From: an uncultured Christensenellaceae bacterium
Lineage (GTDB): Bacteria; Bacillota; Clostridia; Christensenellales; Borkfalkiaceae
DNA: 64,000 bases
NCBI GenBank assembly: GCA_910586675.1
Contig: CAJUJO010000001.1
Span: forward strand, 6,377-70,376
Direction: 5' to 3'
In this document: positions 25,391 through 34,682 of the stretch, one piece after another
Numbering within the stretch: position 1 is the stretch's first letter
Layout of the letters: each line of letters starts with the position of its first letter
Program-made: the position numbers and the translations under genes
Notes under the pieces: model-generated
What the model was told of the DNA's origin: nothing
Databases searched by the model: none
What the model saw: only the letters and a program-made list of their open reading frames with translations

Positions 25391-26386
25391 ATGGAAAATA
25401 AAGTGCTCTATTCGGCGGTTCAGCCGAGCGGAAATCTCACCATAGGCAATTATGCGGGAGCCATCCGCAACTGGGTGAGGATGCAGTCGGAGTTCGACTG
25501 TTTTTTCGCCATTGCCGACATGCACGCCATAACCGTCCGTCAGGAGCCCGCTCTTTTGCGCCGCAGAACGGCGGAGCTCGCGGCACTCTATCTCGCCTGC
25601 GGAATAGATCCCGAGCGTTGCACGCTCTACGTGCAGTCGCAGGTCTCCGCGCATGCCGAGCTCGCCTGGGCGCTCAATTGCATCACTTACGTCGGCGAAA
25701 TGGAGCGCATGACGCAGTTCAAGGATAAATCCCGCAAACATGCCGACAATATCAATATGGGGCTCATGGACTATCCCGTGCTCATGGCGGCGGATATTCT
25801 GTTGTATCAGCCCCACTACGTGCCCGTCGGCGCCGATCAGAAGCAGCATGTGGAGATCACGCGGGACATCGCGATCCGCTTCAATAACCGCTACGGGGAA
25901 ACCTTCCGCGTGCCCGAACCTTACATCATGAAAGAAGGCGCGAGCATCAAGTCCTTGCAGGAACCCGCGAAAAAGATGAGCAAGTCGGATGAAAACGCAA
26001 ACGCGTCCGTTTACCTTACGGACGACAAAGATACGATCATACGCAAGTTCAAGCGCGCCGTAACGGACAGCGACAACGAGATTCGCGTGTCTCCCGAAAA
26101 GGCGGGTATTTCCAATCTTCTGAATATCTACGCCTCTTTTGCAGGCTGTTCGTTGGCGGAGGCGGAAAATACCTTCCGCGGCAAGGGTTACGGCGATTTC
26201 AAGCTCGCCGTCGGCGAAACGGTTGCCGACGCGCTCGCACCCGTACAGGAGGAACAGCGGCGTTTGCTTTCCGATAAAGAATATTTGAACTCCGTCTTGC
26301 AGGCGGGCGCGGAGCGCGCGTTCAAAGCGTCGCGCAAAACGCTCTCCAAAGTGTACCGCAAAATCGGGTTTTATCGGGGGGAATGA
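25391..26386 (+). CDS. trpS: tryptophan--tRNA ligase
   Basis: 331 aa with the class I signatures PSGNLTIGNY (HIGH-like) and KMSKS. Confidence 0.95.
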   Translation: MENKVLYSAVQPSGNLTIGNYAGAIRNWVRMQSEFDCFFAIADMHAITVRQEPALLRRRTAELAALYLACGIDPERCTLYVQSQVSAHAELAWALNCITYVGEMERMTQFKDKSRKHADNINMGLMDYPVLMAADILLYQPHYVPVGADQKQHVEITRDIAIRFNNRYGETFRVPEPYIMKEGASIKSLQEPAKKMSKSDENANASVYLTDDKDTIIRKFKRAVTDSDNEIRVSPEKAGISNLLNIYASFAGCSLAEAENTFRGKGYGDFKLAVGETVADALAPVQEEQRRLLSDKEYLNSVLQAGAERAFKASRKTLSKVYRKIGFYRGE

Positions 26387-26387
26387 T

Positions 26388-27254
26388 TTGTTCGGATACG
26401 TTCGTTACGACCTCCCAAATTTATTCGTCAAAGATCTGATGCTCTACAAAGCTATGTACTGCGGGCTGTGCAAGGGCATAGCGGCTTCCTGCGGGCAGGC
26501 GGCGCGCGTCGGGCTTACCTATGACGTAACCTTTCTTTCCGTTCTTCTGCATAATATGACGGGAACGGACGTAAAGGTAGAAAAGCAGAACTGCTTCGAG
26601 CACCGCTTGAAAAAGCGCCCGATCGCTCTGGTCGACAGTCTGACGGAGGAGCTCGGCGCGCTCAATACCGTGCTCTGCTACTTCAAGTTGACCGACGACG
26701 TGCAGGACGGCGGAAAGGGCAGGGGCAGGCGTGTGTGGTTCAAAAAGGGCTATAAACGCGCAAAAAAGAAGTACCCGGAGCTCGTCTCCCTCATAGAAAA
26801 TTACATGGCGCGGCAGGCGGAAACGGAGAAGGCAAAGACGGCTTCGCCCGACATAGCGGCGGATCCTTCCGCCTGTCTTATGCGCGAGCTTTCCGCATAC
26901 TTTCTCAAAGAAAAGGCGGGGGAAGGCTCCTCTCAGCTCTTTTACGCCATCGGCAAGTGGGTGTACCTCATCGACGCGCTCGACGATTACGATAAGGACG
27001 TAAAAAAGAAACAGTACAATCCCTTTGTATTGAGCTACGGCGCAAAGTCGCGCGCGGAGCTTATGCAGGCGAGCGGACAGGAAATCGCTTTTTTGTTCGA
27101 CACCATGTTCTTCGACATGCGCGAAGGGCTGGGAAAAATAAAGTTTTACTTCAACCGCGATTTGACGGATAACGTAATTTTACGCGGTTTGCCCGCCGAG
27201 ACGGCGCGTGTCATGAAGGGCGAAAAGCCCAAAAAGATGAGCGAAAAAATCTGA
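26388..27254 (+). CDS. conserved hypothetical protein (DUF5685-like as I recall it) with an N-terminal Cys cluster and two Asp-rich motifs
   Basis: 288 aa. TTG start 1 nt after the trpS stop, with a GGGGGG SD inside the trpS 3' end. MFGYVRYDLP..YCGLCKGIAASCG; DDVQD at 103-107; DALDDYDKD at 196-204. Confidence 0.6.
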   Translation: MFGYVRYDLPNLFVKDLMLYKAMYCGLCKGIAASCGQAARVGLTYDVTFLSVLLHNMTGTDVKVEKQNCFEHRLKKRPIALVDSLTEELGALNTVLCYFKLTDDVQDGGKGRGRRVWFKKGYKRAKKKYPELVSLIENYMARQAETEKAKTASPDIAADPSACLMRELSAYFLKEKAGEGSSQLFYAIGKWVYLIDALDDYDKDVKKKQYNPFVLSYGAKSRAELMQASGQEIAFLFDTMFFDMREGLGKIKFYFNRDLTDNVILRGLPAETARVMKGEKPKKMSEKI

Positions 27255-27261
27255 GGGAAGT

Positions 27262-27636
27262 ATGTTTCACTGCGACGAAGATTCCCAAGAATACGAACGG
27301 TTTCGGTCAATTTGGGAAATACTGAATTCCGACCTTCCGAGCGATTCCGACTTGGACGAAGCGTGGAAACGTCTGGAAGCAATGAAGGAAAGGGACGCCG
27401 AATGGCACTATGCTAGCGCGGCGGTCTGCTTCCGCAAATGCTGGTATCTCGAATGCAAAAGGCACTTAAAAAAGGCGATGAGGCTGAACCCGCAGGCGGG
27501 GAAGTATAAGGAAGCGTTCGACGGGCTCACGGCAATGGCGGATGAAGCCGCCAAGGGCAACAAGCGAATGCCTTCCCGGGAGTTCGACGGCTGCGCGGAG
27601 ACCTGTCTGGAAGGTTGCTGCACGTCGTGCTGTTGA
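27262..27636 (+). CDS. hypothetical protein with a cysteine-string C-terminus (paralogous module shared with the next gene)
   Basis: 124 aa with a GAGGGA RBS. Ends GCAETCLEGCCTSCC (6 Cys in 15 aa). Shares the ER[DN]AEWHY...KY+.A.D.L module with the 27658 ORF. Confidence 0.6.
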   Translation: MFHCDEDSQEYERFRSIWEILNSDLPSDSDLDEAWKRLEAMKERDAEWHYASAAVCFRKCWYLECKRHLKKAMRLNPQAGKYKEAFDGLTAMADEAAKGNKRMPSREFDGCAETCLEGCCTSCC

Positions 27637-27657
27637 TAAAATATAGACGAGGAAATC

Positions 27658-28266
27658 ATGAATAAAGAATATTACGAACTTTTACAGGTAAACGAGGATT
27701 GTACCGACGAGGAAATCGAAGCGAGCTACAAAGCGCTCAAAGAGAAGTACAATCAGGAAAAGTGGCAGGACGGCGAAGCGGGCATGAATGCAGCGAAGAT
27801 GCTGGGCAAGCTCGACGCCGCGTATGCCGAAATCATGGCGGACCGCAAGGAAAAAAAGCAGAACACGAGCGGGGCTTCCGCCTTCGACGAGGTGTCCGAG
27901 CTCATCAAGAAGGGGGATATTTCGGGCGCGCAGGCGCGGCTGGATTCCTTCAACGAGCGGAACGCCGAATGGCATTATCTGCAATCGGTCGTGTTCTATA
28001 AAAAGAACTGGATGAACGAGAGCAAGAAACAGCTGGAAATCGCCATTCAGATGGACGCGACGAATACCAAATACCGCGACGCCTACGATAAGTTGAAAGC
28101 CCGCGCCGACTATCAACAGCAGACGGGCGGCGCGCCCAACACCAACCCCAACGTCAATACGGGCGACGAACAGATGGGCGGGAACTGGTGCGCGAACTGC
28201 GCGAGCTTCTGCTATACCTGGATGTGCGTCAACTGCCTGTTTAACCTCTGCTGCAACTGTCGGTAA
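27658..28266 (+). CDS. J-like domain protein (HPD replaced by NQE) with a cysteine-string C-terminus
   Basis: 202 aa. YYELLQVNEDCTDEEIEASYKALKEKYNQEKW follows the J-domain helix II pattern but lacks HPD. Ends WCANCASFCYTWMCVNCLFNLCCNCR (8 Cys in 26 aa). Confidence 0.7.
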   Translation: MNKEYYELLQVNEDCTDEEIEASYKALKEKYNQEKWQDGEAGMNAAKMLGKLDAAYAEIMADRKEKKQNTSGASAFDEVSELIKKGDISGAQARLDSFNERNAEWHYLQSVVFYKKNWMNESKKQLEIAIQMDATNTKYRDAYDKLKARADYQQQTGGAPNTNPNVNTGDEQMGGNWCANCASFCYTWMCVNCLFNLCCNCR

Positions 28267-28796
28267 TGAAAAAACCGTCCAAATCGTTTGAAATAGCGCT
28301 TTCGGCAATCGCCTGTGCGGTCGCGGCGGCGTTCTTAATGCTCGGCTCGCTCAATCCGTTTTTGCTTGCGACGGGCTATCTCGTCGGCGCGTTCGCCCTC
28401 ATGACGCCTCTCTCCAAGGGGTTCGTGTGGGGGAGCGCGCTCGCCTTTTTGGGCGCGTGCTTGCTTGCGCTCCCTTTGAGTTTGTGGAAAATCGTGCCCT
28501 TCGCCGCATTTTTCGGAATTCACCCGATCGTCAACTATCTGCAAAAAAAATACGTAAAAAAAAGTCTTTTCAATTGGCTCGTTTTCGCCGCGAAAGCCGT
28601 CTGGTTCGATTGCGCCATGCTCCTTTCCTGGTACGTTCTCACTTCCATGGCGGGAATGACCTTTCCCGATTGGATCACGGAATTTCTCTATCTCGTTATC
28701 TTTGCGGGAGGTACGCTCTTTTTCGTTGCATACGATTATATGATAATACTCTGTCAGAGGTCTGTTGACCTTGCGGTACGCAGAATACGGAGGTAA
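28266..28796 (+). CDS. five-TM integral membrane protein of unknown function
   Basis: 176 aa. Its ATG overlaps the TAA of the J-like gene by 1 nt, and its stop lies 2 nt before the next ATG. Confidence 0.65.
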   Translation: MKKPSKSFEIALSAIACAVAAAFLMLGSLNPFLLATGYLVGAFALMTPLSKGFVWGSALAFLGACLLALPLSLWKIVPFAAFFGIHPIVNYLQKKYVKKSLFNWLVFAAKAVWFDCAMLLSWYVLTSMAGMTFPDWITEFLYLVIFAGGTLFFVAYDYMIILCQRSVDLAVRRIRR

Positions 28797-28798
28797 TC

Positions 28799-30184
28799 AT
28801 GGAAAAGAATGCGGAATTTACCGGCGTTTGCGAAGCGTTCGGCTCCAACGGCGAGGGGATCGTTAAAAGCGGCGGCTTCACGGTGTTCGTGCCGCAGCTC
28901 CTTCCCGGGGAGAAGGCGCGCGTCAAAGTGCTCAAAACAAAGGGAAATATCGCATATGGCAGGGCGGAGGAAATTTTTACGCCCGCCGAGGACAGGGTGC
29001 GCCCCAAGTGCGCCGTCTTTTCCCGCTGCGGCGGCTGTCAGCTGCAGCACTTGCGCTACCGCGCGCAGCTGAAATATAAGTCCGACCTCGTGCGCGACGC
29101 TCTGCGCAAAATCGGCGGTATTTCTTCGGAAGTGCCCCTCTGCGAGCGCAGCGACAGGGAATACGGTTACAGAAATAAGTTACAGCTCCCGATCGGGCGC
29201 TGTGCGGAGGGCAATGCCGTCGGGTTCTATGCCGAGCGCTCCCACCGCATCGTCAGAACGGAGGAATGCCCTATTCATCCCGCATGGGCGGAAAGGGTTA
29301 TCTCTGCCGTAACCCGTTTCATGGATACGTGCGGGTTGGACGGCTACGACGAACGCACGGGAGAAGGGCAGCTCCGCCATATCGTCGTGCGGGAGCTCAA
29401 AGGGAAATTTATCGTTACGCTCGTTACTGCCGCGCGCGAACTCAAAGGAATTGATTTCTTCGTCCATCTGTTGGACGAAATATTCCCCGAATATTCGCTG
29501 TATCTCAATCTTAACGCAAAGAATACCAACGTCGTGTTCGGCGAGGAATTTATCCTCGTCAAGGGGAAGGGCGTTTACGAGTGCACGGAAAACGGAATCA
29601 CGTTCGAGGCGGGGGCGAGCACGTTCGTGCAGGTCAACGAGGGCGTGCGCACGAAGCTCTACGAAAAAGCCGTTTCGTTCGCGGAAGAGGGGGAAACGGT
29701 GATCGACTGCTACGCGGGCGGCGGACTGATGACGGCGATGTTTGCTCGCAAGTGCGGGCGGGCGTTCGGGATCGAAGTTGTGCCCGAGGCGAGCGTCTGC
29801 GCCGACAGCCTAAAAGCAAAAAACGGACTTGCGGATAAAATGTTCAACGTCTGCGGAAAGGTGGAAGAAAAGCTTTCGCTAATCCTTTCCCGCGAGAAGG
29901 GCGCCGCCGTCGTGCTCGACCCGCCCCGTTCGGGCGCGGAGCGGAGCGTGCTCAAAGAGCTTATTGCGCAGAACGTTCGGAAGGTTATCATGATTTCCTG
30001 CAATCCCGCGACGCTCGCACGCGATTTGGGTATTTTAACGGGGAGTTTGAAGGAAACGGAGTCGGGCGAGCTCGTCAAATCGGAGACGGCGGACGGGAAC
30101 TATAAAATAGATTTTATTCAGCCGTACGACATGTTCCCGCAAACCAAGTGGGCGGAGACGTTGGTCGTGCTTACGCGCAAATAA
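28799..30184 (+). CDS. 23S rRNA (uracil-5)-methyltransferase, RumA/RlmD family (TRAM + Fe-S + SAM MTase)
   Basis: 461 aa with an N-terminal TRAM-like domain, the CGGCQLQH Cys cluster, the DCYAGGG SAM motif and a C-terminal nucleophile region (SCNPATLARD). Confidence 0.9.
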   Translation: MEKNAEFTGVCEAFGSNGEGIVKSGGFTVFVPQLLPGEKARVKVLKTKGNIAYGRAEEIFTPAEDRVRPKCAVFSRCGGCQLQHLRYRAQLKYKSDLVRDALRKIGGISSEVPLCERSDREYGYRNKLQLPIGRCAEGNAVGFYAERSHRIVRTEECPIHPAWAERVISAVTRFMDTCGLDGYDERTGEGQLRHIVVRELKGKFIVTLVTAARELKGIDFFVHLLDEIFPEYSLYLNLNAKNTNVVFGEEFILVKGKGVYECTENGITFEAGASTFVQVNEGVRTKLYEKAVSFAEEGETVIDCYAGGGLMTAMFARKCGRAFGIEVVPEASVCADSLKAKNGLADKMFNVCGKVEEKLSLILSREKGAAVVLDPPRSGAERSVLKELIAQNVRKVIMISCNPATLARDLGILTGSLKETESGELVKSETADGNYKIDFIQPYDMFPQTKWAETLVVLTRK

Positions 30185-30201
30185 CAAAAGGGGAGACGGT
30201 T

Positions 30202-30384
30202 ATGAAAAAATACACCTATTTAACGGAATCTGTTTCGTACGCGTTCAGCAAAAAGAATCTTGTTGCCAAGCTGGACGAGTTGATTGGAACAAGGGCGCAG
30301 GAGGGCTGGCGGCTCTTTCAGTTTGAGTTCAGCGATTGGATGGGCGCGTGCGTCGTCGTGTTTGAAAGGGAATTCGAGGAATAA
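30202..30384 (+). CDS. DUF4177-like small protein
   Basis: 60 aa from MKKYTYL.. (GGGGAGA RBS), with LDELIGTRAQEGWRLFQFE..VVVFEREF. The ORF-track start at 30148 is an extension overlapping the upstream gene. Confidence 0.6.
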   Translation: MKKYTYLTESVSYAFSKKNLVAKLDELIGTRAQEGWRLFQFEFSDWMGACVVVFEREFEE

Positions 30385-30397
30385 CGGAGAAAATATT

Positions 30398-30739
30398 ATG
30401 CCTTTTATCGATTGCAAAATAACAGAGCAGCTTTCCGATGACAAGAAAGAAATCGTAAAAACCAAGCTGGGACAAGCCGTGTCGCTGCTGCATAAGAGCG
30501 AAAACTAATTAATGGTCGGCTTGTGCGGCGGATACGATCTGTTCATGGCGGGCAAAAAATTACGGAAGGGCGCGTACGTTTCGGTCAGTCTGTACGGCAA
30601 TGCGACCTCCGCCGACTATGAAAATATGACGGGAGCCATATGCTCCATTCTGCGCGAAGAGCTATCCATACCCGCGGAGTCGGTGTACGTAACTTATCAC
30701 GGCATTGCCGACTGGGGTTGGAACGGCTCTAATTTCTGA
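30398..30739 (+). pseudogene. MIF/tautomerase-superfamily gene interrupted by an in-frame TAA at codon 37
   Basis: MPFIDCK.. (Pro-1) ..LHKSEN-TAA-LMVGL..VYVTYHGIADWGWNGSNF. Both halves are in the same frame (30398-30505 and 30509-30739). The stop at 30506-30508 aligns with the conserved Tyr of MIF (..PQYIAVHV..). Confidence 0.7.
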
Positions 30740-30845
30740 TAACAAAAACAAGTTTAACTTGTTGCGTTTCGGGCAATTCTTTTAACGATAGCGCGGCGTA
30801 AAATGCCGTGCCGAGAAAATAAAACGATTTGGAGAAAAACAGTTT

Positions 30846-32054
30846 ATGTACAACACGATACCGCTTGCCGAAGATTTATTTTACGTCGGCGCGAGTAATC
30901 GGCGGCTCTCTCTGTTCGAGGGCGCCTATCCCGTGCCGCGCGGCGTTTCCTATAATTCCTATTTGCTGATTGACGGAAAGACCGTTCTTTTCGACACCGC
31001 CGACGCTTCGGTGGAAGATTTGTTTTTGGAAAACGTCGAGCGCGCGCTCGGCGGGAGAGAACTCGACTATCTCGTCGTTCATCACGCCGAACCCGACCAT
31101 TCCGCATGCGTTTGCCGCATTCTGGAACGGTATCCTTCCGCCGTCGTGCTCGCTTCCGCAAAGGCGATTCAGATGTTGAAGAATTTCTGCGGGGAGCTGC
31201 CCGCGCGTTCTGTTGCCGTCAAAGAGGGGGATACGGTCAGCGTCGGAAAATATACGCTGCAATTTATTTCCGCGCCGATGATTCACTGGCCCGAGGTCAT
31301 GTTCACGTATATTCCCGAACGGGAAATGCTGTTTACCGCCGACGCGTTCGGCACGTTCGGCGCGCTCGATGGGAGCGTGTTTGCCGACGAGCTACATTTC
31401 GAGCGCGACTTTTTAAGCGAGGCGCGCAGGTATTATTTCAATATCGTGGGCAAGTACGGCGCGCAGGTGCAGAGCGCGCTCAAAAAGCTATCGGACAAAC
31501 CGCTTTCGCTCGTCTGTCCGCTGCACGGCCCCGTCTGGCGGAGCGGTTTTTCTTCCTATCTCGAAACATACGGGAAGTGGAGTGCTTATCTCCCCGAAGA
31601 GAGAGGCGTCGTGATTTTTTACGCTTCCGTTTACGGACATACGAAAAATGCGGCGGAGCTCCTCGCTTCCGCGCTCGCCGCGGAAGGCGTACGGGAAGTG
31701 CGAACATACGACGTTTCGGTTACGCACGGCTCGGAGATGCTCGCCGAAGCCTTTCGCTATTCTCACGCGGTGTTCGCTTCCGTAACGCTCAATGCGGGGA
31801 TATTCCCCGCCATGGAACAATTGATAAACGAATTGAAAGCGCATAATTTCCAAAATCGGAAATACGCTATCATTGAAAACGGTTCGTGGGCGCCGCAGGC
31901 AGGCGCTTTGATCGAAGCGCAGCTTTCCGCGCTGAAAAATACCGAAAAGGTCGGGGAAACGGTGAAAATGATTTCCGCTCTTTCGGAGCAGGGCGCGGCG
32001 GATTTGCGCGTTTTAGCAAAAAATATCGCGGACGATGTCTGCGGTAAAATATAG
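30846..32054 (+). CDS. fprA: flavodiiron protein (FprA family; MBL-like diiron + flavodoxin domains)
   Basis: 402 aa with the HHAEPDHS diiron motif and a C-terminal flavodoxin-like domain ([12 protein letters not shown]). Confidence 0.9.
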   Translation: MYNTIPLAEDLFYVGASNRRLSLFEGAYPVPRGVSYNSYLLIDGKTVLFDTADASVEDLFLENVERALGGRELDYLVVHHAEPDHSACVCRILERYPSAVVLASAKAIQMLKNFCGELPARSVAVKEGDTVSVGKYTLQFISAPMIHWPEVMFTYIPEREMLFTADAFGTFGALDGSVFADELHFERDFLSEARRYYFNIVGKYGAQVQSALKKLSDKPLSLVCPLHGPVWRSGFSSYLETYGKWSAYLPEERGVVIFYASVYGHTKNAAELLASALAAEGVREVRTYDVSVTHGSEMLAEAFRYSHAVFASVTLNAGIFPAMEQLINELKAHNFQNRKYAIIENGSWAPQAGALIEAQLSALKNTEKVGETVKMISALSEQGAADLRVLAKNIADDVCGKI

Positions 32055-32065
32055 GAGGTATTGTT

Positions 32066-32221
32066 ATGAAATTTATTTGCAATGTGTGCGGCTATGAGTA
32101 CGACGAAGATCTCGGCGATCCCGATAACGGTATCGCGCCCGGAACGAAATGGCAAGACGTTCCCGACGATTTCACCTGTCCGCTGTGCGGCGTGGGGAAA
32201 GAGGACTTTTCCGCCGAATAA
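32066..32221 (+). CDS. rubredoxin
   Basis: Read directly from the sequence (below the track cutoff): [51 protein letters not shown]. Two CxxCG knuckles, and a GGAGG RBS 6 nt upstream. Confidence 0.9.
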   Translation: MKFICNVCGYEYDEDLGDPDNGIAPGTKWQDVPDDFTCPLCGVGKEDFSAE

Positions 32222-32293
32222 GTTCGGCAACGGTGCAAACGGCCGCCTTCGGGCGGTCGCTTGCGTTAAAAAAGGTATTTTCCCGAAAAACGG

Positions 32294-32322
32294 TTGAAAC
32301 AAAATAAAAAGTGTGATATATT
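32294..32322 (+). promoter_or_regulatory. sigma-70-like promoter (extended -10) for lon
   Basis: TTGAAA (32294-32299), 17 nt, TGaTATATT (-10 at 32317-32322). Confidence 0.5.
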
Positions 32323-32354
32323 TATAGGACGGAACAGACGGACGGGAGGAAGCA

Positions 32355-34682
32355 ATGGCAGAAACAAATCCTATAAAGACTTTGCCGGTCATTCCCATGC
32401 GGGCGCAGGTCGTATTTCCCAATACGAGCGTTGCGTTCGACGCGGGCCGCGGGGTGTCGCTCGCGGCGATCGAGCGCGCCGACTCGCGCGATAAGCTGGT
32501 ATTTATCGTCAAACAAAAAAATTCCGAACAGGAAATTCCCGATGCGGACGGTTTATTTGAAGCGGGCACGGTCGCCCGTATCCGCCAGACGACCCGCCTT
32601 CCCGGAGACCGCGTCCGCGTATACGCCGAAGGGCTGTACCGCGCGCGTGCGAAGGAGTATCGCGCGGAGGACGGCTGTATATTGACGGAAGCGGAAGAGA
32701 TCCGTTCCGTGCACGGCGACCTTACGTTGGAAGAAGCGTATTTCCGCACGGCGAAGGAGCTGGTGCGCGAAATCGTCGCGGGAGACGGTAAATTTTCCAA
32801 AGAGTTTGAAGCGACCGTTTCCGTATTGACGGATATCGACGCCTATATCGACGCGTGCGCGCACAACATGCGCCTGAAAGAGGAGACAAAGCAGCAATTG
32901 CTCGGCGAAGACCGCCTCTTGCGACGGCTCAAACTGTTCGAGCAGTGCCTCAACGACGAGTTGGAAATAACGCGTTTGGAGCGGAAAATCGCGCAGGACG
33001 TCCGCCGCAATATCGATAAGTCGCAGAAGGAATATTTTCTGCGCGAACAACTCAAAGCCATTCATGCGGAACTGGGCGATGACGTAGAGGAAAATATAAA
33101 GTTAAAGGAAAAAATTCTGGAAAAGAAGCTCCCCGCCGAGGTGGAAGAAAAGGCGTTGCAGGAGCTCGGCCGAATGGATAAAATGCCGCCCTCTTCGCCC
33201 GAATACACCGTGCTCCGCAACTATGCCGACTGGCTCATCGACCTTCCCTGGAACGAGGAGACGGAGGATACCGAATCGCTCGCGGATGTGGAAAAGGTCT
33301 TAAACGCCGACCATTACGGTCTGGAAAAAATCAAAGAGCGCGTCGTGGAGTACCTCGCCGTGCTTAAGCTTACGGGCGAGTTGAAAGCGCCCATTCTGTG
33401 TTTGGTCGGGCCGCCCGGCGTGGGCAAGACGAGCGTCGCCCGTTCGATCGCGCGCGCGCTCGGCAGGAAGTTCGTCCGCATGAGTCTGGGCGGGCTAAAA
33501 GACGAGGCGGAGATCCGCGGGCACAGGCGCACGTATATCGGCGCGATGCCGGGGCGCATCGTCTACGAGATGAAGAACGCCGGCTCGGTTAATCCCGTGT
33601 TTCTGCTCGACGAAATCGACAAACTTTCGTCCGATCTGCGCGGCGACCCTTCGAGCGCGCTCTTAGAGGTGCTCGACCCCGAGCAGAACTGCACCTTCCG
33701 CGACCGCTACCTGGAAGTGCCGTACGACCTATCCAAGGTCATGTTCATCGCCACGGCAAACGCGCTCGACACCATTCCTTCGCCCTTGCGCGACAGAATG
33801 GAAATCATCGAGCTTTCGGGCTATACGCCCGACGAAAAGGAGGAAATCGCAAAGCGTTACCTCGTTCCCAAAAAGCGCAAGGAGAACGGGCTTACCGAGG
33901 GCAATTTACGCTTTACCGAAGGCGCGATTTCCGACATGATAGACGGTTACACGATGGAGGCGGGGGTGCGTGGATTGGAACGCACCATCGGCACCGTTTG
34001 CAGAAAGTCCGCCGTGCGGATCGCAAAGGGAGAAAACAAGCGCATCACCGTAAATTCCGCCAACCTCGAAGATTTCCTCGGCGCAAAGCGATTCCTGCAC
34101 GAGAACGACCTGCCCGAAGCGGACGAGGTGGGCGCGGCAACGGGGCTTGCCTGGACGGCGGTCGGCGGCACGACGCTCACCATCGAGGTTTCCGCCATGC
34201 AGGGCAAGGGGGATATTCTGCTCACGGGCAAGCTCGGCGACGTTATGAAGGAGTCCGCCCGCGCGGCAATCAGCTATCTGCGCGCCCATGCCGACAAGTA
34301 CGGCATCGATACGGACGAGTTTGAAAAGAAGGACATCCACATTCATATTCCCGAGGGGGCTACTCCCAAGGACGGGCCGAGCGCGGGCATTACCATGGCA
34401 ACCGCCATCCTTTCGGCGTTTACTGGTCAGCCCGTGCGCCGCGACGTGGCGATGACGGGAGAAATCACGCTGCGCGGCAAGGTGCTCCCCATCGGCGGAT
34501 TAAAGGAAAAGGCGCTCGCCGCCAGCCGCATCGGAATCAAAGACGTCATCATTCCCGAAGAGAATAAAAAGGACGTGGAGGAAATTCCCGAAAACGTCCG
34601 CAAAAACATTAATTTCATCTGCGTGAACGACGTCGATCAGGTGTTCCGCAACGCGGTAACGGGGCTTTCGTATGGTAATTAA
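32355..34682 (+). CDS. lon: ATP-dependent Lon protease (LonA)
   Basis: 775 aa with a LON N-domain, AAA+ Walker [10 protein letters not shown] and the C-terminal protease motif [14 protein letters not shown]. Confidence 0.97.
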   Translation: MAETNPIKTLPVIPMRAQVVFPNTSVAFDAGRGVSLAAIERADSRDKLVFIVKQKNSEQEIPDADGLFEAGTVARIRQTTRLPGDRVRVYAEGLYRARAKEYRAEDGCILTEAEEIRSVHGDLTLEEAYFRTAKELVREIVAGDGKFSKEFEATVSVLTDIDAYIDACAHNMRLKEETKQQLLGEDRLLRRLKLFEQCLNDELEITRLERKIAQDVRRNIDKSQKEYFLREQLKAIHAELGDDVEENIKLKEKILEKKLPAEVEEKALQELGRMDKMPPSSPEYTVLRNYADWLIDLPWNEETEDTESLADVEKVLNADHYGLEKIKERVVEYLAVLKLTGELKAPILCLVGPPGVGKTSVARSIARALGRKFVRMSLGGLKDEAEIRGHRRTYIGAMPGRIVYEMKNAGSVNPVFLLDEIDKLSSDLRGDPSSALLEVLDPEQNCTFRDRYLEVPYDLSKVMFIATANALDTIPSPLRDRMEIIELSGYTPDEKEEIAKRYLVPKKRKENGLTEGNLRFTEGAISDMIDGYTMEAGVRGLERTIGTVCRKSAVRIAKGENKRITVNSANLEDFLGAKRFLHENDLPEADEVGAATGLAWTAVGGTTLTIEVSAMQGKGDILLTGKLGDVMKESARAAISYLRAHADKYGIDTDEFEKKDIHIHIPEGATPKDGPSAGITMATAILSAFTGQPVRRDVAMTGEITLRGKVLPIGGLKEKALAASRIGIKDVIIPEENKKDVEEIPENVRKNINFICVNDVDQVFRNAVTGLSYGN

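Noticed and set aside
30747-30763. Palindrome AACAAGT-TTA-ACTTGTT between the tautomerase pseudogene and fprA (operator or terminator?).
   Set aside because: The 7-bp AT-rich stem has no T-run, and it does not match the Rex or PerR box consensus as I recall them. Too weak to call.
31763-32800. 345-aa minus-strand ORF spanning the fprA end, rubredoxin and the lon start.
   Set aside because: It crosses two intergenic regions and three plus-strand genes that carry diagnostic motifs. It is Ser/Ala/Arg-rich and is a shadow ORF.
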